Assembly: GCA_964410015.1 (NCBI GenBank)
Contig: CAYPFV010000002.1
Location: forward strand, 1-57,938
Origin: an uncultured Bacteroidales bacterium
GTDB taxonomy: Bacteria > Bacteroidota > Bacteroidia > Bacteroidales > UBA7960
Direction: 5' to 3'
DNA length: 57,938 nucleotides
Shown: one piece after another, positions 21,003-30,149 of the stretch
How the letters are laid out: each line of letters opens with the position of its first letter
How positions within the stretch are numbered: position 1 is the stretch's first letter
The notes under the pieces: generated by a model
Database searches by the model: none
What the model saw: the letters and a program-made list of their open reading frames with translations, nothing else
What the model was told of the DNA's origin: nothing
Program-made: the position numbers and the translations under genes

Positions 21003-23813
21003 TTGCGTACAAACTTAATATTTAAGTTTTTAATCATCATTTCAGCTTGTTTTCTGTTTCAGTTGATTCATGTGGTTCATGCACTTGAAATGCCATTGAT
21101 AAAAGAAAATCTGAATAATGATTCTATTGTACCGGAAGAAATAAACCTGCCTGTTGCACCGCCTTCTGAGGGAGTGCCAGAACCCGAAGACACTCTTGAT
21201 TTCTCTGATCGCTCCAACCAGGACTCACAACTCCCGGAGGATACACTGTCAGCTGATCCTCAGCGTCAAACAGGTTCGGCAGTCATTCTGGATACAAAAG
21301 TAGATTATTCGGCGGTTGATTCCATCCCTTTTGATATTGAAAACCAGATTATACACCTTTATGGTGACGCAGACCTAAAATATGGCAGTATACATCTTAC
21401 CGCAGCATACATTAATATCAATTTCAAAAAAAATGAACTTTATGCCACCGGTATGCCCGATTCCACAGGCACCATTATAGGAAATCCTATTTTTGAGGAT
21501 GGTGAAGAAAATTTTGAATCCATTGAGATCAAATACAATTTTGAAACAAAAAAAGGGCGTACCACCCGGGTTATGACAGAGGAGGCAGAAGGTTATATGC
21601 ATGGCGATGTGGTGAAAATGATGCCCGATAAAGAAATCCATGTAAGCAGCGGAAAGTTTACAACCTGCGATAATCCTGATCCTCATTTTCATATAGCTTT
21701 CAGAAAAGCCAAAATCATTCCCAATGATAAGATCATCACCAGCATTGCTTTTCTAACCATCGAAGGGGTGAAAACACCCCTGTTTGTCCCTTTTGGTTTT
21801 TTTCCTAACAAACGCGGGCAAGCCTCGGGTATACTGATGCCTTCCTATGGAGAAACAACCAACAGAGGATTCTATCTTGAGAACGGAGGTTTTTACTGGG
21901 GTATCAATGATTATCTGGACCTTTCCCTTACAGGCGATATCTATTCGAGAGGAAGCTGGGCCGCCAGGGTAGGTTCTAATTACCGCAAAAGATACCGCTA
22001 CAGCGGGAGCTTAAATCTTAATTATGCTATCAATATTCTGGGCGAAAGAGACCTGCCCGGATACGAAAGAAACCGTGATTTTCGCGTACAATGGAGCCAT
22101 AGCCAAGACCCAAAAGCAAGACCCAACAGCGTATTCAGAGCAAACGTAAATGCCGGTAGCAGCTCTTTTAACCGTTTTAATTCCACAAACACCAATGATT
22201 ATCTTTCTAATACGTTTTCATCCAACATAAGTTACTCTGCCAACTGGGCAAACAGATACAATCTATCTGTCAATTTAAGGCATAACCAAAATACAATTAC
22301 GGAAAAAGTTGATTTGAGTTTGCCCGAAATGACTTTTAGCGTTTCACGTTTTTATCCCCTGCGAAGAAAAAACCCGGAAGGAAAACTCAGATGGTATGAG
22401 GAAATCACCATGAATTACAACATGAATGCCAGCAATCAGATATCTACTATTGAGGAAGACCTTTTTACCAATGCCATGTTTAGGGATATGAAAAACGGGA
22501 TACAACACTCCATCCCCATCAGTCATAACTTCAGGGTTTTAAATCATTTCAACCTGAGCAACAGCGTCAACTACAACGAAAGATGGTATTTTCAAAAAGT
22601 AGAACAACGATGGGAAAGTGATCCTGAAGATGGTGAAACAGAACCCGGAGATAATATTCCGGGTGAGGTAGTAAGGGATACAATTCCAGGATTTTATGCC
22701 GTACGCGATTTTAATTACAGCACTTCGCTAAACACAAAAATCTTCGGTTTGGCTCAGTTTAAAAGGGGACCGGTAAAAGCTCTGAGACATGTTATTACCC
22801 CCAATTTAAGCTTCTCTTACCGCCCCGATTTTGCCGACGATTTTTGGGGATACTACGGAAGCTATCAAAATCCCAACCTCGACGAACCCACAGAATACTC
22901 ACTTTTTGAAGGTGCAAGGTATGGTACCCCCACTTCGGGCAGATCGGGTTCGATCAATTTCTCAGTCTCCAACAACCTGGAAATGAAAGTGAAAAGCAAA
23001 AAAGATACCGTAAACGGCGAACGGAAAATAGCCCTGATCGATAATCTTACCCTGTCAACAGGATACGATCTGGCAAGAGATTCGCTAAACATGCGCGATG
23101 TTAGAATAAGTGGAAGAACCAGACTTTTCGGACAGTTCGACCTTACCTACTCAAGCTCATGGACACCTTATGTAATTGACTCAACCACCAACAGACCCAT
23201 CAATACTTTTTTATGGGAAAAAGAAAAAACTTTGCTCAAGATGAGAAACTCCTCCTGGAATATCAACCTGAATTATAGTCTGAGTTCCGATGATAACCCC
23301 GCCTCCGGTTCCGCCGGAAGAGGAGGCCCCGGCCAAGGCGACGATAATATGATGCAGGGAGGAGATTTGCCATTTGGATCAGATGAGGAAACTGATCCCG
23401 GAGCAGATGATCAACAGGAAGAGACACCCACTGAACAACCGGAAAATGGAATAGACCTGGCTATCCCCTGGTCATTCAGGCTATCCTACTCTTTTAATTA
23501 TAATGCCAACTCCAATTTCAGAACTATGGAAACAGACAGAAAATATCTGCAAAGTCTCAATTTTTCCGGTGATGTAAATCTGACTCCAAACTGGCGCATA
23601 GGTGTAAGCAGTGGTTATGATTTTGATGAAAAGAAAATTACCTATACTTCGGTAGATATCTACAGAGACCTCCACTGCTGGGAACTTACGATAAACTGGA
23701 TACCCTTCGGATTCAGGAAAAGCTATAACATGACCCTGAGGGTAAAATCTACTGTTTTACAGGATTTGAAACTAACCCGCAGAACCCATCATCTGGACAG
23801 AGCTTTTCAATAA
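21003..23813 (+). CDS. lptD: Putative LPS-assembly outer-membrane protein (Bacteroidota LptD-like)
   Basis: 936-aa beta-rich protein with an OstA-like N-terminal region (IHLYGDADLKYGSIHLTAAYININ). Divergent from the amidase gene, as is common in Bacteroidota. TTG start at 21003 is inferred because it retains a signal-like N-terminus; the first ATG is at 21090. Confidence 0.7.
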   Translation: MRTNLIFKFLIIISACFLFQLIHVVHALEMPLIKENLNNDSIVPEEINLPVAPPSEGVPEPEDTLDFSDRSNQDSQLPEDTLSADPQRQTGSAVILDTKVDYSAVDSIPFDIENQIIHLYGDADLKYGSIHLTAAYININFKKNELYATGMPDSTGTIIGNPIFEDGEENFESIEIKYNFETKKGRTTRVMTEEAEGYMHGDVVKMMPDKEIHVSSGKFTTCDNPDPHFHIAFRKAKIIPNDKIITSIAFLTIEGVKTPLFVPFGFFPNKRGQASGILMPSYGETTNRGFYLENGGFYWGINDYLDLSLTGDIYSRGSWAARVGSNYRKRYRYSGSLNLNYAINILGERDLPGYERNRDFRVQWSHSQDPKARPNSVFRANVNAGSSSFNRFNSTNTNDYLSNTFSSNISYSANWANRYNLSVNLRHNQNTITEKVDLSLPEMTFSVSRFYPLRRKNPEGKLRWYEEITMNYNMNASNQISTIEEDLFTNAMFRDMKNGIQHSIPISHNFRVLNHFNLSNSVNYNERWYFQKVEQRWESDPEDGETEPGDNIPGEVVRDTIPGFYAVRDFNYSTSLNTKIFGLAQFKRGPVKALRHVITPNLSFSYRPDFADDFWGYYGSYQNPNLDEPTEYSLFEGARYGTPTSGRSGSINFSVSNNLEMKVKSKKDTVNGERKIALIDNLTLSTGYDLARDSLNMRDVRISGRTRLFGQFDLTYSSSWTPYVIDSTTNRPINTFLWEKEKTLLKMRNSSWNINLNYSLSSDDNPASGSAGRGGPGQGDDNMMQGGDLPFGSDEETDPGADDQQEETPTEQPENGIDLAIPWSFRLSYSFNYNANSNFRTMETDRKYLQSLNFSGDVNLTPNWRIGVSSGYDFDEKKITYTSVDIYRDLHCWELTINWIPFGFRKSYNMTLRVKSTVLQDLKLTRRTHHLDRAFQ

Positions 23814-24285
23814 TTATTAAACTAACCTATATGTGATTATTTTTGAAAAGTATGAATATTTTGATTTATTTTTGTTACAAACAATTAGATTCAAATCTTG
23901 TAAGAAAAACAAAAAAAAGAAGGTACATCTTTTAGAATCAAAATTCAAATGAACCAATACATGGCAAAGATATAAAAACACTACACAGATAAACATATAA
24001 ACATATAAGACTAAATGTAATATAAAAAAATCTTTTTTTTACAATGTTTTTTAAGAAATTATTAGTGGTTTTAAAAAAAAAATTGAATATTTGCATTTTG
24101 TTATCAGCATCCGTCTGTTTTAAACCAACGATCTTTAAAAATCCCTGTGAAAGTGCTACATCCTTGCAAAACCAAAATATTCGACACCTAAAATGAATAC
24201 ATCAGGGTTATGAAAAAAAACTTTACAATTTTGTAGATAAAAACAATAAATTAACATCAAAATCAATCCATTAAAAAAAAATACA

Positions 24286-24879
24286 ATGAAAACAGTTATT
24301 CAGATTGTGCTAGCTCTTGTAATCGTAGTTTTGGGTTATTTCATTTACGAAAGTGTAATGGAACCTGTAAGATTTAAGGAGGAAGTAAAACATCGTGAGT
24401 CGGTTATTATTCAGAGATTAAAAGATATCAGACAATTACAGGTAGCATATCGTTCAAGATATAATGCGTTTGCCAGTGAACTTGATTCGTTGATAATCTT
24501 TTACAAAAATGATTCTTTACCGGTAATTCGTGCCATTGGAACCGTTCCCGACACTTTAACAGAGAATCAGGCCGTTGAAATGGGGATTGTGCAGCGCGAC
24601 ACAGCCTGGGTAAATGCCACTGACAGTTTGTTGAGCAAAGCAGACTATCCTATCGATTCTCTTCCTTATGTGCCTTTTACAGATGGCAAAAAATTTGAAA
24701 TGGAATCGGGTAAAATAGAAAGAGGATTGGTAGAACTACCAGTTTTTGAAGCAAAAACTCACCCTCAGGATTATCTCAAAGATATCGACCGATGGAGAAT
24801 CTATTACACAGGAAATATAGAAGAAGGAATCAAAGTAGGGTCTATGGTCGAAGCATCTACCAACGGTAACTGGGAGTAA
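24286..24879 (+). CDS. Hypothetical membrane-anchored protein
   Basis: 197-aa ORF with one N-terminal TM helix (IQIVLALVIVVLGYFIY) and normal composition. No family recognised. Confidence 0.6.
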   Translation: MKTVIQIVLALVIVVLGYFIYESVMEPVRFKEEVKHRESVIIQRLKDIRQLQVAYRSRYNAFASELDSLIIFYKNDSLPVIRAIGTVPDTLTENQAVEMGIVQRDTAWVNATDSLLSKADYPIDSLPYVPFTDGKKFEMESGKIERGLVELPVFEAKTHPQDYLKDIDRWRIYYTGNIEEGIKVGSMVEASTNGNWE

Positions 24880-24933
24880 CTTGATTTTGCCATCAGTCAT
24901 TTTTTTTCTCTTTCTACTTTTAACTCACCTACC

Positions 24934-25815
24934 ATGCCCGATCATGTTAAAGAACTGCTTAGCATTCAAGAAAGTCATGACGAGGACGAATCAGAATTGA
25001 ATGACCTTAAAAAAGATTTTTTATCCATTGAACTCTCGCGCGGTGTATTTTCTTATTGCGTGCTCAATACACAAAAGTTTAGGTACACAACACTCGAATC
25101 ATTCAAATTTGAAAACATAAAATCATTCGATAGCTTATCACAGGTGCTTGAATCACTGGTTAAATCCAGAAAATTGCTTGCACAAAATTACCAAAGGATT
25201 AGCCTGGTTTTCATTCATCCTTTGGCAACGCTCATACCTGCAAATTTGTTTTCTTACTCAGAAAAAAATCAATACCTCGAATTTCACACCTACACTGATA
25301 ACCAAAATGAAATACGAGTTGATAAACTTAATAATCTTGGAGCGTATTCGGTTTATTCCTTTCCTAAAACCCTCAGTCAAAAAATCAATTTTCTTTTTCC
25401 CGGTTGCAGGATAAGACATATTTCAACCACACTAATAGAAAACATTTTGTACATGAACCGCTATCAGGAAATAGATATTCAACTGGCGCTGCATATACAA
25501 AATGATCATTTCGAGATACTTATCTTTAAAGAGAAAAACCTTATTTTTTACAACTCTTTCCGTTATCAGACATGGGAAGACCTGTTTTATTACCTGTTTT
25601 TTGTACTCGAACAAATGCGTTTAGAAGCAGAAAACCTTCACACACTTATTCTTGGTGAAGTAAGCATCAACAGCGCTTTTTACAAACAAGCAAGGCTCTA
25701 TTTCAAATCTCTTCATTTGGCTCCCCGCAACGATCTTTACAAGTATGCAATGGAATTTGACAGCATACCACATCATTATTTTTTTAACCTTCTAAACCTG
25801 AATGCATGCGGATAA
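24934..25815 (+). CDS. DUF3822-like protein
   Basis: LSIELSRGVFSYCVLN resembles the DUF3822 N-terminus. Overlaps the rsmD start by 10 nt, the usual Bacteroidota arrangement as I recall it. Confidence 0.55.
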   Translation: MPDHVKELLSIQESHDEDESELNDLKKDFLSIELSRGVFSYCVLNTQKFRYTTLESFKFENIKSFDSLSQVLESLVKSRKLLAQNYQRISLVFIHPLATLIPANLFSYSEKNQYLEFHTYTDNQNEIRVDKLNNLGAYSVYSFPKTLSQKINFLFPGCRIRHISTTLIENILYMNRYQEIDIQLALHIQNDHFEILIFKEKNLIFYNSFRYQTWEDLFYYLFFVLEQMRLEAENLHTLILGEVSINSAFYKQARLYFKSLHLAPRNDLYKYAMEFDSIPHHYFFNLLNLNACG

Positions 25816-26336
25816 TTGGAGGTAAGAATCAAAGAAAGCAGATATTTGCTCCGGTAAAACTTCCCGTAAGACCCACAACCGACATGGCTAAAGAGGCGCT
25901 TTTCAACATCCTGAATAACTACTTTGACTTTGAAGAAATATCTGTACTCGATCTTTTTGCCGGTACGGGCAATATCTCATATGAATTCGCATCAAGAGGT
26001 GCACGCGAAGTGGTATCTGTAGATCAGAACAAAATGTGTACAAATTTTATTAAAGAAACTGCTGATAACCTTCATCTGCCTAATATCAAAGTGATAAAAA
26101 CAGATGTTTTTCACTTTCTTGGATTTAATACTTCACAATTCAATATTGTTTTCGCCGATCCTCCTTATGATACTTCAAGGTATGAAGAGATAATAGAAAT
26201 GGTATTTAAAAATCAATTCATTGCTCACGAAGGATGGATGATCATGGAACATAGCAATAAACAAAAATTCAACTCCTCTCAGCATTTCTTTGATCTTCGC
26301 AGATATGGAAAAGTACATTTTAGCTTTTTCAAATAA
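25806..26336 (+). CDS. rsmD: 16S rRNA (guanine966-N2)-methyltransferase
   Basis: MRIIGG......RPTTD..KEALFNIL....VLDLFAGTG.....SRGA...VDQN.....DPPY motifs. Confidence 0.85.
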   Translation: MRIIGGKNQRKQIFAPVKLPVRPTTDMAKEALFNILNNYFDFEEISVLDLFAGTGNISYEFASRGAREVVSVDQNKMCTNFIKETADNLHLPNIKVIKTDVFHFLGFNTSQFNIVFADPPYDTSRYEEIIEMVFKNQFIAHEGWMIMEHSNKQKFNSSQHFFDLRRYGKVHFSFFK

Positions 26337-26420
26337 AAAAACATATCTTTGCTTTCTGCTTTCCCTATCCATACTTAATCAGATCATTAAACCAAATTAT
26401 ACCAAAAAGCAACATATAAT

Positions 26421-26870
26421 ATGATCACAATATCAAAGGCAACTCTTCAACATATTCATGATATCGCAACTTTTCAGGTTGCAATGGCAAAAGAAACTGA
26501 AAATCTTAACCTTCAGCAGGATGTTGTTGAGAAAGGAGTTAAATACTTTTTCGATCATCCTGAAACAGGATTTTATTTGCTTGCCTGCTATAATGAAAAA
26601 GTAGTAGGTTCGCTGCTTTTGCAATATGAATGGAGCGAATGGAGAAATGCAAAAATTATCTGGGTACACTCGGTTTTTATTCAGCCTCAGTTTAGAGGAA
26701 AAGGCATTTACAAAAAAATGTATCATAAGGTGCAGGAGATTGCTTTCCAAAACCCTGAAATTGCAGGAATAAGACTCTATGTAGATAAAACGAATGCTGT
26801 TGCTAAAAAGGTTTATGAAAAAATGGGTATGTCAGCCCGGCATTATGATCTGTATGAATGGATGAACTAA
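26421..26870 (+). CDS. GNAT family N-acetyltransferase
   Basis: 149 aa; acetyl-CoA binding motif VFIQPQFRGKGIYKKM. Confidence 0.8.
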   Translation: MITISKATLQHIHDIATFQVAMAKETENLNLQQDVVEKGVKYFFDHPETGFYLLACYNEKVVGSLLLQYEWSEWRNAKIIWVHSVFIQPQFRGKGIYKKMYHKVQEIAFQNPEIAGIRLYVDKTNAVAKKVYEKMGMSARHYDLYEWMN

Positions 26871-27017
26871 GCCTTGACAATATTATAGACATACTCGCAG
26901 ATGATTATAATATCGAAACACGGAGAAAATTACAAAACCGGAGTTTTGGCAAGCTCCCCCGTAAGAAAAGAACGGGGCAGGCATCTGAGCGAATTAATCA
27001 AATTATAAACAGATGGA
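26862..27017 (-). repeat. Intergenic repeat unit, copy B (reverse orientation, with a hairpin insertion)
   Basis: The reverse complement reads CCATCTGTTTATAATTTGATTAATT..CAGATG[CCTGCCCCGTTCTTTTCTTACGGGG]GAGCTTGCCAAAACTCCGGTTTTGTAA..TGTCTATAATATTGTCAAGGCTTAGTTCAT. Its end overlaps the last 9 nt of the GNAT CDS. Confidence 0.8.
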
Positions 27018-27067
27018 AAATTTTTAACTAACCTTTATCATTGCAGCAAATCCAAAACCAACAAAAA

Positions 27068-27526
27068 ATGAAAAAAATTGCCGTATTTCCAGGTTCATTT
27101 GACCCGATTACAAGAGGACATGAATCCATTGTAAGAAGAGCTATACCGCTTTTTGATAAAATAATTATTGCCATTGGTGTAAATGCCGAAAAAAAGGGGT
27201 TTTTCCCTGTTGAGAAAAGAAAAAACTGGATTGAAAAAGTTTTTGAAAATATAGAAAAAGTGGAAGTTGATACCTACAGCGGACTTACCGTACAATATTG
27301 CCGTGAAAAAAATGCAAGGTTTATTCTAAGAGGATTAAGAACCTCGGCCGATTTTGAATTTGAACGAAGCATCGGACAGATAAACAGGCACATGACACCC
27401 GAAATTGAAACAGTATTTTTACTTACCACACCAGAATTTACAGCACTTACCTCGTCTATTGTGAGAGATATAATTCGCAACAATGGAGATATTTCCGATT
27501 TTGTACCCCGGCAGGTTACTTTTTAA
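27068..27526 (+). CDS. coaD: Pantetheine-phosphate adenylyltransferase
   Basis: MKKIAVFPGSFDPITRGHESIV (HxGH-type motif). Typical length from the ATG at 27068; the ORF is open from a TTG at 27041. Confidence 0.9.
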   Translation: MKKIAVFPGSFDPITRGHESIVRRAIPLFDKIIIAIGVNAEKKGFFPVEKRKNWIEKVFENIEKVEVDTYSGLTVQYCREKNARFILRGLRTSADFEFERSIGQINRHMTPEIETVFLLTTPEFTALTSSIVRDIIRNNGDISDFVPRQVTF

Positions 27527-28752
27527 TGTTTTTCTGCAAAACTTTGATATATGCCATGATAAGTATCTATACCAGTTTTCAGATTAAAAGAATCCAGTGC
27601 TTTTTGTCTGATCTGCTCACGGTCAAGTGATAATAAATGATCGATCTTTTGTATTGCATGATCAAACTCTTTGTCAGAAAAATCTTTGATCACAATGCCT
27701 GCTTTTTCGTCGGCCATAATGCTGTCTGTATCTCCTACACCTGCATTGCAAATCAAAGGAATCCCCATACTAAGAATTTCTGCCTGTTTGGTAGGACTGC
27801 TGGCTTTTTTAGAAAAAACAGGTCTTATGAAAAATATGGATACCTGAGATAATGCCAGATACTTGGGCACATCTTTTCTCTGAGCAGCTACAACTCTCAT
27901 ACTGTCATCACTAATACCATATTCTGCTGATTTTTTTTTCAATGCATGCTCATCATCTGTTGTAATAAAAAGAAACTTAGCATGTGCATATTTATTTTGC
28001 AACCGCTTGAAAAATAGCATCATCTCTCCCGTCATATACCATGTTCCGGTAGAACCTAAATAGGAAATCACAAAATCCTTGTCTCCAATATTCATTTCTT
28101 TCCTGAACTGCAAAAGCAAAGAATGATCAATGCCATCCATAGAAAACAAATTTGTATCTACACAACAAGGTATCACTGTTGTTTTATCATGAACACTTTT
28201 TCCGAAAAGTTCCCGAATCACCTGTTTTCCATTGTAAGTCAAACTTATAACTGCATCAGCATATCTGAAAAATAATTTTTCTTTCTTTTTAAAGTAGTGA
28301 TAAATAATACGATAAACAGGATTGTCTAAATTCCATATATACCCTTCAATGCGCTCATTGGCCCAGAAACCACGCATGTCAAAAACAAACCGTATGTTGT
28401 ATTTTATTTTTAAATCCAAACCAGCCAGGGCAGCTATATAACTTCGACAATGTACGATGTCAAACTGGTTTTCCAAATGCAGGTGTTTAGATTTTCTTCT
28501 GATCTGAACAATGTCATAAAACTTTGATATCCATGGGGGTGAGGTTCTGAAGGTAAGAGATGACCATTGAATATTGGCAGTTTCTAACAGTTGGGTAACC
28601 TCGTTTTTATCCGATACAGAATTATGCTTTTTCTCGAAACTAATTACATGTATTTCATGCCCCAGACCACTCAGACCTAATAAATAAGGTATTACCTGAG
28701 ATCTGCCCAGCACATCGGTTAACCCATCGTAAGTTATATACAATACCTTCAC
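27523..28752 (-). CDS. Glycosyltransferase family 4
   Basis: MKVLYITYDGLTDVLGRSQV N-terminus and a C-terminal GT-B region with an EX7E-like segment (SSPTKQAEILSMGIPLICNAGVGD). Confidence 0.85.
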   Translation of the reverse strand: MKVLYITYDGLTDVLGRSQVIPYLLGLSGLGHEIHVISFEKKHNSVSDKNEVTQLLETANIQWSSLTFRTSPPWISKFYDIVQIRRKSKHLHLENQFDIVHCRSYIAALAGLDLKIKYNIRFVFDMRGFWANERIEGYIWNLDNPVYRIIYHYFKKKEKLFFRYADAVISLTYNGKQVIRELFGKSVHDKTTVIPCCVDTNLFSMDGIDHSLLLQFRKEMNIGDKDFVISYLGSTGTWYMTGEMMLFFKRLQNKYAHAKFLFITTDDEHALKKKSAEYGISDDSMRVVAAQRKDVPKYLALSQVSIFFIRPVFSKKASSPTKQAEILSMGIPLICNAGVGDTDSIMADEKAGIVIKDFSDKEFDHAIQKIDHLLSLDREQIRQKALDSFNLKTGIDTYHGIYQSFAEKH

Positions 28753-29154
28753 AAACTAATCGGGGTAAAATTTTATAAACATCAAAAATAAACAACTTTT
28801 ATGAACCACAGTAATTTTTTTATGCAGGTCTGAAACCTTTGTTTTTTAGAAATATTCAGGTTTTTGTGCTTCATATTGGCAAATAAAGGAAATAAACCCT
28901 GGCACAGCAAATCAAAACTGGGTTTATACCAAAGAGTAAAACACATTTAAATATAACAATATTCATTAAGGATAATAGGTATCAGCTTTAAAAATGAAAT
29001 TTTAGCGGAAAATAAAAATATTCCTTTCCATTGTGATCTGATTTGATACGGTTTTTTATGACCAATCCGCATTAACAATAAAATAATATATCATAGCACA
29101 GATTTTATTTTCTGATGTGTTGTATATTTCTAAATTGATTAAATTTGTCATGGG

Positions 29155-29367
29155 ATGTCAGTTTTTTATTCACTAAAAAGTATTGATATGAGCAGAATCA
29201 AAAATCGCACAGCAACTTTCAGAGCCCGTATCAAGAAAAATATCGAAAACGGCAATTTCTCCCATGAAAAGATGTTTAAAAATTATTTGATCACAAAAGA
29301 TCAAAAGCAAAGCACTATTCTTGAAATGTGGGAAAATTACCTGATCTTTGACCGGCTCGAATTCTGA
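29155..29367 (+). CDS. Small hypothetical ORF (doubtful)
   Basis: 70-codon ORF (59 codons from the internal ATG at 29188) standing alone in a 1.4-kb gene-poor gap. Lys/Asn-rich, no recognisable family. Confidence 0.2.
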   Translation: MSVFYSLKSIDMSRIKNRTATFRARIKKNIENGNFSHEKMFKNYLITKDQKQSTILEMWENYLIFDRLEF

Positions 29368-29393
29368 TCTTCCCGATAAAAATATCAGGGAAA

Positions 29394-29479
29394 AGTACCC
29401 TCAGAAATTCAAAACTAAGTGCGATTGTTATAAAAATCTATCCAAAAAAGAACGCCCCGCGAGAATCTCTGAGGGTACT
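29394..29479. repeat. Perfect 12-bp inverted repeat separated by 62 nt
   Basis: AGTACCCTCAGA (29394-29405) and TCTGAGGGTACT (29468-29479). Confidence 0.9.
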
Positions 29480-29490
29480 TAACGTAATAA

Positions 29491-29769
29491 CGGACATGTT
29501 CTTATAATGATTTATATCTTGTTAAAACCTATAAAAAAGATTGATTAAAAAAATGCTTCATCTGATCAGGATTATTTTCTCAATGATATTTAGCAATTTA
29601 CCACTTGTGCCTTTAAATTGCTCTTTCATCAGGATAAAAGAAGGTATCTTATTCAGCTACCCAAGGCTTTGCCAACGGGTTGAAAAGAATTGCCATATCA
29701 GGGGTAATCCATTTTCAGTGCCATAATCATGCTCAAGTGTGTCAATAGTATTGTCATGGCCATGTTCAT
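29491..29769 (+). repeat. Divergent or composite copy (F) of the intergenic repeat
   Basis: Left-end-like CGGACATGTTCTTATAATGATTT at 29491 and a second GCTTCATCTG at 29556. The right half is clear: CCATAATCATGCTCAAGTGTGTCAATAGTATTGTCATGGCCATGTTCAT, ending at 29769. The interior is longer than in other copies. Confidence 0.5.
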
Positions 29770-29887
29770 TGATTCTAATTAGTGCAGCAAGAAAACTCTT
29801 ACTTTTTGTGTCTTTGATAAAAAATTGTCAAAGATAAGGCTTTCGAAGTTTTTGAATCCAAAGAGTTTATTTTTTGTAAATGACTGA

Positions 29888-30012
29888 TTCATCTGTTTAT
29901 TATTTTGTTAAATAGTCAGATGGAGTTCGTTAAAAGTCTGACCGCATGCTTTACATGCCCTGCATTATATCATGTAGGTGTGTGTCATAATCTTTGTCTT
30001 AGCTCGGTTCAA
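29888..30012 (+). repeat. Intergenic repeat unit, copy J
   Basis: TTCATCTGTTTATTATTTTGTTAAATAGTCAGATGGAGTTCG...ATATCATGTAGGTGTGTGTCATAATCTTTGTCTTAGCTCGGTTCAA. The central hairpin is replaced by GCATG-CTTTA-CATGC. Confidence 0.8.
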
Positions 30013-30077
30013 AAACGAGAATAACACAATATTTGCGTTTTCGTGCAAAGACTATTTAAAAAATAAAATCATTACCA

Positions 30078-30085
30078 TAAATTTG
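30078..30085 (+). promoter_or_regulatory. Candidate -7 promoter element (TAnnTTTG) for the phosphatase gene
   Basis: TAAATTTG lies 65 nt upstream of the ATG at 30150. Confidence 0.3.
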
Positions 30086-30149
30086 CATCAGTTGCTTTTC
30101 TAATAAAATAATTTCACTATTTATTCAATAATTAAATTTTCCAACAATA

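Noticed and set aside
21003-21090. Alternative start for the LptD-like gene at the first ATG (21090)
   Set aside because: Starting at 21090 would remove the hydrophobic signal-like N-terminus (LIFKFLIIISACFLFQLIHVVHA), so the TTG at 21003 was kept. This remains uncertain without homologue alignment.
23991-24008. Short tandem duplication AAACATAT AAACATAT and several poly-A/poly-T runs in the 470-bp AT-rich gap upstream of 24286
   Set aside because: Two units of 8 bp in a very AT-rich region are expected by chance. No spacer-repeat periodicity or other higher-order structure.
29541-29726. 61-codon ORF inside the gene-poor gap (and similar short ORFs at 39632-39829, 5295-5522, 8621-8890, 8685-8909)
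   Set aside because: They overlap repeat copies or promoter regions, have non-ATG or weak starts and odd composition, and resemble no known family.
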